This document shows, piece by piece, positions 50,429 through 63,800 of a stretch of 64,000 bases of DNA (its first letter is position 1; each line of letters opens with the position of its first letter). The notes under the pieces were generated by a model. The model saw only the letters and a program-made list of their open reading frames with translations, ran no database searches and was not told the DNA's origin. Source of the stretch: Ophelia neglecta (Eukaryota); NCBI GenBank assembly GCA_965285935.1, contig OZ260663.1, positions 104,966,001 to 105,030,000 of the forward strand, given 5' to 3'. Position numbers and translations under genes: made by a program.

Positions 50429-50576
50429 TATGTTGATATGTGTGGAAAAAGGGTGTAGGTTTTCTTGATTAATTAAGCTTGACAAAATTTGAATCATTAT
50501 AATGTCAATTTATATGTTATTTTGTATTATTTAAAATGTGGTAAATAGTAACCACCTACATTGTGTCCCCGGAGGG

Positions 50577-51150
50577 TGTTGGGAAAATACCAGGAATTTG
50601 TTAATTTTGGATTATGGCTCTCTATTGTGTATTGGGAAATTATTGTTGGTGTTTAACAGACTGAATATTATTATTCCAGTATTAAAATTAAGGTAATTGT
50701 ACATGTATATAGATACAAAGCTCTAGATAGTAGCTATTCTGTACATGTAGGAAGGATGACGAGCTAAGTGAGTAGTACGGTATATAGTCTCGGTAATTTT
50801 CATATTGTACTTGGTACAAGGTTTTCTGAAGGTGCAATCTGTCACGTCATTTGAACAGCACATCTTTCAAGGAAAGCTAGCGGTCAGTCGTAAATGTCAG
50901 GACAAAGAGAGTTGTATACATATCAGAAATAGTGGGAACACGCTTTAGGTATGTCAACTAAAGAAGTATTTATAGCCCTGTAGCTCAAACCAATTACAAA
51001 AGGTAGAATTCAGTGGTATTTATAGTAGTGAGCGATAATAGAGTGTGTTAACCATACGAGTATACAGGTGTTCAGTGTGTAAATTGTATCTTTGTTAAAT
51101 TGCAGAATAAATATTACAAGCCCCACTGAAGAGTTGAATTATCTGAAACA
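50577..51150 (+). repeat. 3' LTR
   Basis: Preceded by a short polypurine tract GGAGGG (50571-50576); AATAAA at 51106. Confidence 0.96.
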
Positions 51151-51460
51151 ATAGTAAACGTAGGAAACATGGTAAACGCGGAAATCTTGGTAATTGTGGT
51201 CAACGTGGTGACAAATGGTGACAACGTGGTAAAGGTGTAAATGTGGTAAGAATGGTAAATATGGTCAAAATAGTAATCATGGTGATTGAAACATGGTAAA
51301 TGTGGGAAACACGGTAACAGGCGGTAAACATGGTTAACATGGTGAACCTGGAAAACCCAAAGGTAATCGTAGTGAACGTTGTGACAAATGTGTAATATGT
51401 GGTGGTGAAGGTAGAGGTGAACGTGGTTTCCGTGGTGGCCTATGTGGCGCACGTGGCCAT
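51151..51460 (+). repeat. 9-bp minisatellite (GGTAAACRT)n, right part
   Basis: The same unit resumes directly after the TSD. Confidence 0.85.
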
Positions 51461-53569
51461 ATACAAATCGTACAAATATAAAATGTAGTTATCAATAACA
51501 CAGCTTCTTTGGGGGCGACGGGCTGGATTGGATTGGAAGCATTAAACTAGCTATTTATTCCACTTTAGACTCTGTGATGAGCTTCTTTAGCTTTATGACA
51601 TTATCAATGCCATTGTCAAATTGTAGTGCATTCAGCTTTCTGTGTTAGTAAACGGAAGACAGGTTTAGTCAGATAGAAGTCCAAGCAGACGACGAAGCTG
51701 CCGAATTCCGCGCCTTATCATTCTAAACATATTCAGTTTTCATGTTTTAGCTCGAACTGTCTGGGCTGGCGTTAAATTTTAAATCGCAATAAACAATCTA
51801 ATATGAGTTATTCTCGAATTTAAAACTAAACAAATATATGAATGATGCATTTTGAGATCTATCACGTCGAGAAAATATTCCCAATTCAAAGAATATAAAT
51901 ACCTAACTATGTAATGTGGGATTGAAAAGCAGTTCCAACTTTCAGTATCCATGTGCACGTACAAGGCCATAGCTCATTGTTAGCGATTAATGACTCATTC
52001 TTATTAGTTTATACATATTAATGTTGAATAAACATAGGAGCTGTGTACAGGGGATAATGGCAATAGATCAGTGCAATCAGCAGAACCACGTTTATCAATT
52101 TCTCATGAAATTCCATGTGCATTCGTTCGATTTGTGTTTTAGCCACATAAAACACATTCCAGGAGTTGGAACTAAATTGCACATTTTGGCCTCGCTTATG
52201 GTAATATGGAGGGGATAGGGGATTGGTGATTATTTATCCTGCATTTCGAAGTCGCGTGGTAAATAAGGTGTTAATTGATTCCTGAGTAGCAACAAATATC
52301 ATTCATGTAAAAACTTTAAACCACACGAGGCACACCACATGAACAGTATAGCGAATTATCTCAATATCCCCCCGCCCCCCTCGTTGTTGTTTATAATAGA
52401 ATATGCCATTTAATTTTACTGCTTTTTTAACTCAGACAGGGAGTGTACGGTATTAGTAGGGGGCCGGAGGGCGGGGATCAAATAAGAGGGAGGAATCAAA
52501 ATTAAGTGTTAACTTCTTCATTTTTGGACACCGCATATTGATGGTGCCTGTAGCAGTTCTCACCCGTGGGGGTCGTTGTACGGTTTAATCCCGACCCTTG
52601 CTGAATCACAAAAACCTCATACGATCACATGTCCATTAATCGTGTAATTTGTTAAATGCCCGCTGAGCTGCCTCGCGCAGCCTAGATTTGATCTCTTCTC
52701 GGCTTTTATCTTTATAGATCAGAAGAACTTTTTCATACATGATTTTGCCAAAGACGTTAAAACTACGAGCCTTTTTGGAACATTTACTGTTTTTTTTCAG
52801 CGTGACGTCGCTGCGATTGTTAAGATGTGACAGAATACTTTCAGATGTTATTTATAATGGGCTTTGCTTTTCACTTTGAATGTTTCTTAGCTCTGACGTA
52901 TTAACAGCCCTTATCCTAGATAAAGGTAGTTCCTATTGACTGCAAACATCAGGTTTATTCTGTGATCATTTCCATCGTCGTCAACGGTTAACAGAGACCC
53001 TGGGATTTTCTCTCTACTGATGTAAACATCACTGGTGATACCTCTGCCAGAAAGCTTCTATGTGTATCTCCGTGATAACTGTATGTCCTCGTGTAGTCTG
53101 TGTGATGCAATCTGAATGTAGCATCAACCTAATTATATGCCTGGATATATTTTGCTTAACTAACCCAATATATATATATATATATTCTCTCTCTTATATT
53201 ATTACTCTCCAGGCTGGAGGAATAAAGAAAATCAATCAATCAATCTCTGAATGGCAGCACGTACCGTTACCAATCACAACTGAGTACTCTCGAACCGACG
53301 ACGTCGACCTTTTATTAAAGCTATATCAAAGAGTGTCCGTGGCGTTACATGTATGACAGATTGCCCTTAGCACAATGAACAATGAATAAATGAAAACAAC
53401 TGCGAGATTATCCGGCTGAAGATACCTCATAGTGTTTAAAACATATGCTGGAGTAAACAAACAACATTAACATTAATCAACCCACACTTATTAATATTTT
53501 CGACATTTAAATTACCAACGATAAAATTTGTCTGACTTTTTATTATATGCCCTTGCACATTTACAGCGC

Positions 53570-53752
53570 TCGCTGCGGGACTACGCAATAGGTGCATTTG
53601 AGATTATTTTTGCAGTTGCCGTATATGTGTCCCCCAATTGAGCAATTGCCGCACACCTGCTGTCTTTGGCAGGGGTCTCTGACACCGTACTCCGGGCATC
53701 TGAAACACCTTAAATGCTTTGGAACATAGGGATTAACCTTGATGCTTAAAAA
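53570..53752 (-). pseudogene. Inverted ORF1 zinc-knuckle fragment of an I/Nimb-type LINE
   Basis: FLSIKVNPYVPKHLRCFRCPEYG...C...VCGNCSIGGHIYGNCKNNLKCTYC: PY-x-P-x-x-LRC followed by three degenerate CCHC knuckles. Confidence 0.72.
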
Positions 53753-53755
53753 CTG

Positions 53756-54500
53756 CGGGTTCGGAGAAGAATATGCCCGACGTACCTCTGCGTGTCGTAA
53801 AAGGCGACTAAAAGGGGGTTCTGTGTGCTGTGGGATGCGACCTGCGTTTTGGGGAAGAGGAATCCTGGTGATTGTACTCAACTTATGATTGTGGTGGTAA
53901 GCGGCATCACACCATTTCGGCCATTGTTTCTCCCTAGACAGGAGACCGTGTTCAGTCTGACAAGGTCAACCGGCTTGTCTTTCACATTCAATGACTAAGT
54001 GTTAATCTGGACCAATTACCAACATAGTTGATGCTGGTTTGGGTGGACATGCATTTGTAGCACTAACATTTGTATGCGTTGGGTTAATCCCTTGACGATG
54101 TCCCCTAGTTGGGCTTGAAGTAAAGGTGGTGCCGACATGCATTACGTACGCAAATTTGAAAGCTTTTTTCCTATAAAACAACTACCTCAAATAAACGAAA
54201 AAAAAAACATTGCGACTCTGAATCTGATGAAGCCACCCCCCACCTAACAATGACTTGTCTCCCTTTTCTTGTCCTGTCGGCAGGTGATCCAGGAAAACCT
54301 ATGGTATCTCTGTCGCCCTTTTCAATACTGAAGGGCGTTCAACGTGTAGCAGGGACGCCTAAAACTTTCAAACAATTGGCATGTGGAGATTTCCTCATCG
54401 AAGTCTGCAGGGACCCACACCATGACAGCTTGCTCGGATTGACCTCTCTGGTAGGGGTTCCCATCAGCTTGACTCCCAATAAAACAGAGAGTAACTCAGG
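53756..54500 (+). mobile_element. 5' UTR and ORF1 N-terminal fragment of an I/Nimb-type non-LTR retrotransposon (degenerate)
   Basis: PFLVLS...KPMVSLSPFSILKGVQRVAGTPKTFKQLACGDFLIEV...LVGVPISLTPNKT resembles I-group ORF1 N-termini (recall); preceded by a structured GC-richer leader. Confidence 0.7.
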
Positions 54501-57500
54501 TTAAGTGATCTACACGCAATACACCTGAAGCGGAAGTGAAAGCTGGTACAAACGTCCCCAAATGTACTTCCTTCCGTTAAAGCTTACTTTTTAACCATTT
54601 AGTCAATGCTGGATAATCACAGAACGAACCACCAACTTCCAAGTGTAAGGGATATATGTATAGCAAATGTGTTTTCTGAATTAATAACATAATGCTTATG
54701 TTTAATCGTGTTAAATAGATTATTCTAGCAGCAACCTCACTAAGCCAATTCGTTATCACTATTCTTTCCCGAATATCCTCATGGCTTTCTCCCATATATA
54801 TCCAATAAAGTCAAATCTCAATATACTTATTACTCCTTTATAGTCCAGGTAGAACGTTTAAATTGGTAACAAATCCCCTGACTACATAAAGGGATTTCGT
54901 AGTAGGCTTACATAATTCTAAGAGTCATTTAGTGTCTTATTTTCGATCAGTATAATCCTATCACCATCAATAATGTGTTAGCAAAATTGTATATACACAG
55001 CATGGCAGGGTATTGCGGGCAAATCGCACAAATGGTTCCCTCTAGAGGGATCCGCCCGGAGAATTGGCAAGGCAACTATTGATTTGGACCGAAATTCCCA
55101 GAAACCATCAGTGGAAAACCCCAAACCATCAATGCTCAGCTCCAGTAGTTTATACAACAAAGATAGTTCTATACTTAAGAAGACATGTGTGAACATATTA
55201 TGCACCACATATAACCAATATTAGCATCCGTTTCCCACCACCACCCCCTGTCAGCCAGTCACACTATTATCAGCCAATGATTTGTCGTACGACATGTCCC
55301 TTTCCCTTATGACTCTGACACGTGTGTCCTTTGGGTAGTGTCGGACGGCTGTCGAATATCATTGTCATCGCTATACAAACAGAAATGGTTACATTTCCTT
55401 ATACTATACCAGGAACGAACATTTCTTGACACACATCGCGAACTAGTCTCTTGAATAGAAATTGGATTCTATTTAGTAGGGGAAAGTTGGGAAATTTGAC
55501 GCATCGAATTTTTTTCTTGAAGTAATAATGATATTCGTTACATGTAAAACTTGTAAGGCCGAGTTCTAGTAACTTCTAATAACTCATATGCCACGTACGA
55601 TTATAGACGGGTATTGCATACTCGCACGCAGTGATATTTCGCTAAGGTCAAAATAAATACTACAATCAGGGAGTATGATTTTGCAGATGGTTGGTTCCAA
55701 ATTTTCGACCAGGTTACTTATAGTTCGAAATTCAGTACCCAAAATACTAAAATATCAGAATGATATGTCATAACGGCTGTTGCCCTTTTTCACTAAATCA
55801 AGAGCCAATGTGGCTTTGGTTACTCTACCAGAATCAGGCTCATGCCTTTAATTATTAACATTTAAAGACTTGTCAGGTCATACGGTCAGGAATTCAGATT
55901 CTGTAAGTGTAGCATGCCAATATTCAATCACATTACTCCGTGACAACAGTATTGGCCAGAGGTCAAGGCGTTAGGTCTCCTACATTAGCTTATCTTGTCA
56001 CAACATGTTCTGTTTTGTTTCCACATTTCTTACTATATATAGCATGACTAGTTGGTGTATTTATCAGAAACATTGAGAATGCCATAGCTAGAGCAAAGGT
56101 ACATGGTCATTTGTCGGCCATTTCAATGATGGAAAACTATTTGGCAAAGCAAATTAAGACTATGGAACGCTGGATTCGCCTGTCCGACATTCCTTCAAGC
56201 ACATCTGGTAGTTCACACACATTACCATACTGAAATGCGATCAGCTAGACTGGGTTACACTTTATTTGGTTCGACCATTCACCATAGGAGGTTCGCTAAA
56301 GAAATGAGGTTCGCTAAATCAATGAGCTCTTCCAATTTGTTCAATAAGGTGTAGTCGATTCCCACAGCCTCGGACTCGGTTTCCATGAACGGAATGGCTG
56401 ACTCAATATAAGGCCAGTCATCGAATTGCATAAATTGGGTGAATATACTAGTTTCAGCAACTTTAACTGGCGAATGTAATATTAATCTCAGTGTGAATAT
56501 ACCGTCGTGTGGTTGTTTTGAAATATATTGGAAGAGAGCCAAGTTCTAACCATGTGCATATATTATTTATCAATTCCGAAAAGCAACGATGCTACTTAAA
56601 GAGGCATCCTGGTTTTGATCTTATAATTACAGCCTGGTATTTATGTTGAAAACAACTACGCTTTCTACGTGTATTTGCTGTAGCCATAGATTTTTGTTGG
56701 TTCTATGCATCGTGGTACCATCGTGTGACAATGAATACTACTATGTGATTCACGATCTTAAGGTTATTAAAGTTAGGCATTTATTACGCACAAGACGCCG
56801 ATAAAGTCTCCAATGTCTCTGCCGGTTTTAGCGCCAAGTTTTATACCATGATTAACTTTTATGACCGTTTTGGGACTGCGCAAAAAGGGAAAAACAATAA
56901 AGTAGAGTTAAGTGTCATCTATGCGCCCAGGGCAGCTAATGACGGGGGTGTCAAAAATGCATGAAACAACGTTGTTGTGTCAGGGAACTCAAGTAATGGA
57001 TACGTGTATGTGTGTATATCTCCCACAGTTCTTCTTTTCATCCATAACTGGTCTTATAGACTCCCTGTTTTTTACCTCAAAGTGACACATTTAACGTGTT
57101 AAGATGAATCTCTTATCTCTCACTATTGGCTTATAATAGTGAAGCAGATATTGTGCGATATTTAAAAAATTGGTAGTTTCTTAGAACAAATATATCAACG
57201 CGTGCGTCCTATGTTCGTGTATTTGGACAACTCACCCGAACAAGACCAAAATCGTACAAATTTATTTAGCTTAAGTGGCGCGTTATTATCTATAGAGACT
57301 AGATTAACGGTATTTATGACTATCCCAAGGATCATATGCACAATGGACAGTGTTAGCAGAGCAGAGGTTAAATATGTGTCTAAAACTCGCCATATTGGCT
57401 AGGTGCAACGTAATTTTGTGTAATAACCGTACTGCCAGACATAAGGTGGCCTGCTGACCGATGGGTCTTTGTCGATACATATAAATGTGCAAAGATAGAA

Positions 57501-57502
57501 GG

Positions 57503-57772
57503 TTGTTGTTCGGGGTTGTACGTGGCTTTCAACACTTATATGGTCATATTGCCTCGGTGCTTACTTGTGACATTGGGCTCAATGCCCTCTTTATAGTGCT
57601 GCCTCACTGGAGTACCTGCCGTAGACACCAGACAGGGAACCCCACCCAGTCACATTATACTGACACCGGGTTAACCAGTGCTGATACTACCCCAAAATAC
57701 TGGGCGCCTGGCAGGGGAGCTATCAGTACCTATTTTTACGTCTCGGGTTTGACGCGATCGAGATTTGAACGG
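57503..57772 (-). mobile_element. 5'-truncated copy of the same SINE with target-site duplication
   Basis: Homologous to 58097-58410 up to the B box; flanked by AAAGATAGAAGG (57491-57502) and AAAGATAGTAGG (57773-57784). Confidence 0.85.
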
Positions 57773-58096
57773 AAAGATAGTAGGCAGCCGATGTGACCTA
57801 TTTTTGCACTTGTGGCAAAACAGTGACATCAAAACAGCTCAGATGAAAAGACTACGCGGCGCTTTCCATGCCACTTTTGCCAGGTAGAAAATATTAAGAC
57901 AGACAAGGAGGCCTGGATCAATGTACATCCAGGCACTTGGTTACTGCCGGAAATGTAAACAAATTCACAAAAGGAGCCGAAGTATAATTGAATTGGAAAT
58001 GTGATAATTGGGCATCATATTAAATTATTGAATGATGTACTAACATCTGATTGCTCTATTGGACTATCACCTATCATAAGCACTGAGACAAACATA

Positions 58097-58410
58097 TTGT
58101 TGTTCTTTGGGGTTTTCAACACTTATCTGGTCATATCGCCACAGTGCCTACTTGTGGCAGTGGGCCCAATGCCCTCTTTAGAGTGCTGCCTCACTGGAGA
58201 ACCTGTCGTAGACGCCAGACAGGAAACCCTACCCAGTCACATTATACTAACACCGGATTGACAGGTCCTGATACTAACCCGAAATACCGTGCGCCTGGCA
58301 GGGGAGCTATCAGTACCTATTTTTACGTCTTATGTTTGACGCGATCGAGCTTCGAACTCCGATCTCCCAATTGCGAGACGGACGCCCTAACCACTCGGCC
58401 ACGCTTTGGT
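58097..58410 (-). mobile_element. Full-length tRNA-derived SINE (Meta/MESC-like body)
   Basis: On the minus strand: A box TGGCCGAGTGG, B box GGAGTTCGAAGC, body ...AGTATAATGTGACTGGGT...CAGTGAGGCAGCACT..., (CAA)n tail. Four related copies in the window. Family name is from recall, not a search. Confidence 0.85.
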
Positions 58411-60529
58411 TAAGAGCAACGAGTGGACGTATTTGTACTCAGTAAAGCGATTTCACGATAATACAAGACGAATGAGGTGAGGAGGTTCTCTGGTTTATAC
58501 GTATTGTAAGATATTGGTTTTTCAAGTATGATTTTTAATTGCGTTTGTTCTTTGCTTTTATTTAAAAACTTTTATAATTTGCTTATATCAGTCGGGCCTT
58601 CACACATGGATTCCCTCAGATTTTCTATAAACTTACCACATTTTAAGTGAGATAATCTAATTTTATGTGAACGTATTTAAATTATATAATATTAAACTAA
58701 CATAATCTATAACTTTGTGAGAATTCTCAAATCTTAGTTGAATGTTAATAGTAATAAGTTTAGGGCCTTACGTATTCCATCCAACTCGATAAGGCGTACG
58801 GGTAAAATGTACATTAGTAATAGGATACCCTCTTTTTATTAACAGGACATGTTTCATGTGTTTTCATACTTTGTCCGTTGTAAAACACCAAATGAGAATT
58901 GAGATAATTCAATTGACATTATTCGATAACGTAAGAAGGATGGCTAATTACCATTTGGAGCAAGGCTAATTCTGCGAGCATGAATTAGTTTGTCACTTCC
59001 CTTCACATTCACATTGAGTGAATAGCATATGCAATCTATTCACAAGTTGCTTAACTGTTCCGAGAGACTAACGTAAACAGGTTCATGTAGGTTCATATTA
59101 AACAAGCGCGGCCATTGTCATGTCCCAAGTGCGGTACTCACTGATGGCGTCAATTTGTTTGAGTCATCTCATAATAAACTGAGTATAGCGCAGTGTCCTT
59201 GTGGTCACAGCATTGCTTTAAAGCAATTCATGTCCTGCTACATGGGCTCTTCATAAATAAAGATATTCACTATAATGAAAGAATGAATTGTTTTTCCACA
59301 CTTAGTGTTTGCACGCGTTTTCTGTTAATTTCTTTATGCTAAAATCATATATGCAGAAAAATGACAATCTATGGGAGCAGCGGGTTTTAAGCTGGGTGGG
59401 TAGTAGGTTTGGAGCAGTGGGTGTTATATTTGTTAGATGGAGTTCGTAACTATAGATTGCGCCAGTTAAACACCATCAAACTAATATCAACGCCATTGTC
59501 AATATGTACTGTGTCTCGCTTTCTTTGTCTGGTAAAGGAAGACAAACTTAGTCAGGTAGGTGTTTAAACAGTCAATGACGACGCCAACGTCCGGGCCTAA
59601 TTACATCGTATTGACGTAGCCGTGTATCATCTGGTCGAGGAGACTCTGGTGATATTCACCGCACTAGACACACACACAGAATTAGGCTGTGTAAAACATC
59701 ATGTTGGTTTTAAGCAAACACTGACAAGTAAGCCAATATGCTACACATATCAATGTTTGAAATATGATATTAAATGTACATGTTTTATTCATGAGAACTT
59801 GTCGTCTGTTCGCGAACAGGCAAAATATAAAGATTAATAATATAGTACAATCATAATTAAAGCATAATTCTCAGCAATATGTCGCTTTTCAAAATCGGTC
59901 ATAGTCTATGAAAAATTTACTTATGGAACTCCATTTGCCACTGGAAACGGTGAGACTGCTGTCCATTTAAGGCCACGCGTATCCTTAAATATGAGTTTTT
60001 TAAGGAAAAGGAGCAAGTCAAATATCATTCTCGGTTTCAGAAGACATGGGAGCGTAATGGACATCGAAGTCGTTAGCGCTTGACAAGCAACAATACTCTG
60101 ACCGCAGGCTACACATATCACATATTTAATGCTAGCTACTAGAACATTTTGTTTAATGACAAACGGTTAATCAATGGCATGCCATGTGGGTAGAATTCTT
60201 GTAGTGCCCCTTCGTATTAGTATACGGTGATACTCCAATTCGTATATTATAAACTATTTTGTGAAGCAGATATTTTGGTTTTAAAAACCATGGGGCCAAT
60301 CGATAAGTATTTGCTTTAGCACAAATAAGAAAGTATAATTTGTGACGAACACATTGCGGAGGTATAGCTGTAGTAATACAGCGTAACAACATGCAGAAGC
60401 ATATTCATGTCCAAAGTGACGTAAGGTAAACAAACACAACGAAGTGGTCTAGTGACAAGGCTGAGGTTAAAATATGTACAAACCAGTCCCTTATTTTAGA
60501 GCCTGTCTCGTGAATATATCAACCTGGAT

Positions 60530-60872
60530 TAATACATAATCCCGGATGAATTTGCGCGATTAGTGTTCGATTTCATAAACGGCAATCTGAGCCTCAAGCT
60601 TTAAGTCTGCTACATAGTTAATTACCGACTTTAAGCCCGGCTTATGCACTGAAAAGTTGCGCGACACCTGTTCATAAAAAATAGGTAAGTATAATACAAC
60701 AGCATTGTTTAACTGACTAACATGTGTTATTATCACCCGAGAGTATAGCAGCGTGGTTATAGGAAACTGTCTCCGTGTTAGTGAAACAGAATTATGTGTA
60801 AGTTGGAGCTCATTTCAAGCCCGGTTCAAACAAGCCTGGCACAGAAGCACATATCTATGAAACAGGCCCCAG
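60530..60872 (+). repeat. Degenerate MITE-like repeat (second copy about 61620-61820)
   Basis: Shared GATTAGTGT, ATTTCATAAACGGCAA, CGACAC..GTTCATAAA; ends with a Harbinger-like terminus ATGAAACAGGCCCCAG. Confidence 0.55.
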
Positions 60873-63800
60873 GACCCCTATAGTGCTTGTAGTGAGCAGG
60901 ACCCTTGGCCAAGAATTGATGTTTTTAGCATCCTTATCATTAATGGCTGGCATGCGGCGATTTCGCTATAATTAACGCCTTTGTTCCATTATTGTGAGGG
61001 AGATTTACCACAAAACTATTGTGTTTTTTTTTTGCAATTCATCATATAGTGTATTTCCAGTATGTTAACACAAAGTAATAGGAACAACCTGTAGGTGATG
61101 ACAATTGCTTGTTGCAACTTACATAAATATTGCTTCATTGATGGTCATGACGGATTCCCCCAATTGGTTTTTGGCTAAGGTTTGTAGGTCAACGATCCGT
61201 AGGTTGGGGCATGGGATGGGGGTGGGGGAGGTGGGTTACAGGCAGCCATTCAGGCAAATCCCTACATAAGGTGTCCGCTTCCATTCATGAACTGTCTACT
61301 CAAAAAGGTCATTGAAATTGCGAAATAGTGTCAATTTTTTGCAACAGATGATAAATAAAATTCACTCCGAATATAGAACTGTGCCCCAGTTGAAACGTTC
61401 GTATGCTGGCCTTGTTTGTTTCACCTGCTAAGGGCAATAGGCAAATGCCAACGCCATTTATAGTGACACGTTACGTACGGCTGAAGAATCCAAGGCATTT
61501 ACCAAGGATTTCAATTTATCAGCAATTGACTATCAAAATATGCATTTCTTGCACTTTTCCCGTGTTTTCGTTAATGTTTTAAGCATCCTTCCCGGTATGC
61601 TATTGCTGTTTTGCGGGCGAAATCCCAGATAAATTTGCTGGATTAGTGTAGATTTCAATTTCATAAACGGCAAGTTGAGTCTGAAACCACAATAATTCTA
61701 AATGTGTGTTTTATCGATTCAAGGCCCGCCTTATGTATTGCAGAGAAGTGCGACACGCGTTCATAAATAATAAGCATGTATGACAGAACAGCGCTGTCCT
61801 GCCGACTTAAATGTGTTCGGTGAATGGTAAGACGGCATTTTCAGATAACAGTAGCAGCTTTAGCAGACAATGCAAATCCATTAAACCAGAAGAGTCCATA
61901 AACATCGGTCGGAAAAAAGTCAGGAACCAGCAGCAACACAGCCCCACATACTTCAATCTCCAGCTCCCGAACAGTAAAAAAGTCTTAATGATAATTAAAA
62001 ATGGGAACATGGAATTAATACCATTAATGATAGAAGTAGTCTATAGATAAATCTTTAGACTAAAGATGATATTGTCTCAAAAATTCAAAAAAGGAGAGAT
62101 GTAGGAAAACCGACATCAAACTGTGGATAAAGTTTGCATTGAATTCAATATAATCATTTTTCCAAACAGTGCACCATAGAATACAGGGAGCATTAAGAAT
62201 CGCACATCGGCGAGTTGTATAAATTGTTTGCCACTTGTTACCAATTGTTACCGCTATCGATCCACTGTAAAAACTACTGAGATATAACCTCGTGCATTGT
62301 TTGGGGGATATGATTACGTAGTCAAAACCTTGTGTAGGCACAATCTTTGTAGTAATATCGGCCATGTAGTGGCAATTTTCTATTTATCACACTGTTTTCC
62401 ATCGTCATTCGTTAATGGCACGAAAGCGCTGTTCTCATCAGAGATGTCTTAGCGGAGAGAGATATGCAAACAGAAGATGGGCGTACAAATTGCTACATTC
62501 TTTTGCAACATTGCAGGAGCCAAGGGAGAGTTCTAAGTGAGTGGACACTCTTATCCAGTTGATACCTTAGCACTATATTTTCGTCCAAATGTTTGTAGTT
62601 TACAGATACATTTATTGATATTAATAGTAATCATAATTAGAAATTAAGAACAGATTTGTGCTTTGCTTCATCCCAGAGGTGCATTTGTCCCAGTAATATA
62701 GGGCATGATAATCATCAAAAAGTGGTACCTTTGGCCATAAATTTGAACAAGTCAAGTCTGGTGGGCTGGAACAGGTAAAGGCATCTGATTATATCATTAA
62801 ATTACATAGCCAATCTTTTCCTTTTTCGAAGTTGATGGACATGTGGTTGTCCAAGCCTGAATGAGCATTTAATTGTAAACAGGCGGCATGTATAAAGGTG
62901 TGTTTCAACTAGTGCAACAACTGTAGTGTGTGAACATTCATTTAAAACTAGTGAACATTTCATACCAAGCGTTGGTGAAAAATCAGTTAGAATTAGCAAT
63001 CAGACTAAACAAATAAGAAGACAACCAAGAAGATGAGAAGCTATATTATAATACTGGTCATGGACACATTAAGATTTAAAAAAGAATCGCTAGGCTGAAA
63101 AACACCACAACGTAACATAGTTTCAAAGTCTGGTCTAATCCGCCTTTTCGTATAAAAAATCCACTTCAATGTAAAACTTGGCTAATTATTTTTCGACTTT
63201 TACCAAATATTACCAAGAAGCACAATTTATGTGTTTTTGGAAGTGTCATTTACTCAGATTAAATAAAGCAAATTGTACCGTTGTTCATAAAAAAAAATAC
63301 CAAGCTTATTGTACGAGAGACCTGGCATAGAAGTGTTAACTTCCAGTCCGTTTGTTTGCCCATTTCGTGATCTTCATTCCATGGACGAAAAGAAGAAATG
63401 GTCTCCTTATTAATGTGTTTGCGAGACGCATAATATGAGTAAACATCATTTATCACAATTGATCATGTTAATTTAACTCTTATCATCCATCGAAATTCAT
63501 CTTGATATTACTCAATGGTAGTAGTAGCCTCTGCTATATGCAAAATTGTAATCGAGGCCAACATACATGCATGATTTAATTGATAGCAATCTTTACTCCT
63601 TTGGAACGGGGTAACTTATGTGCATTTGCAAGGAATTATATCATTTGTCCAAAATGTCAGAATGGGTGTGTCGCTTGCCTTGATTGCATTTGAGTAGGAG
63701 ATCCATAACCATCGAGGGCGAGTCGTGTGTCGAGTGCTCTGCCAATAAAACCGCATTTCCTTTAATGTTGGGAAATAAACGCCTTCACCCGGGCTGGTAA

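Larger units (their letters stand above)
44509..51150 (+). mobile_element. Full-length BEL/Pao LTR retrotransposon (6642 bp)
   Basis: Two 574-bp LTRs with TGTT...AACA termini; 5-bp TSD ATAGT at 44504-44508 and 51151-51155; single gag-pol ORF in PR-RT-RH-IN order with BEL/Pao motifs. Confidence 0.97.

Noticed and set aside
51114-51452. His-rich 112-aa minus-strand ORF
   Set aside because: Translation of the 9-bp minisatellite plus the LTR end.
53414-53446. Penelope-type minimal hammerhead (CTGAAGA...AAAC)
   Set aside because: No GAAA core and no convincing stems.
58340-58410. tRNA gene
   Set aside because: A and B boxes are present but there is no acceptor stem, and it continues into the SINE body.
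57485-58413. Similar ORFs (..NALFRVLPHW.TCRR.QTGNP..) at 21.4, 32.5, 57.5 and 58.1 kb as a protein family
   Set aside because: Antisense translations of SINE copies.
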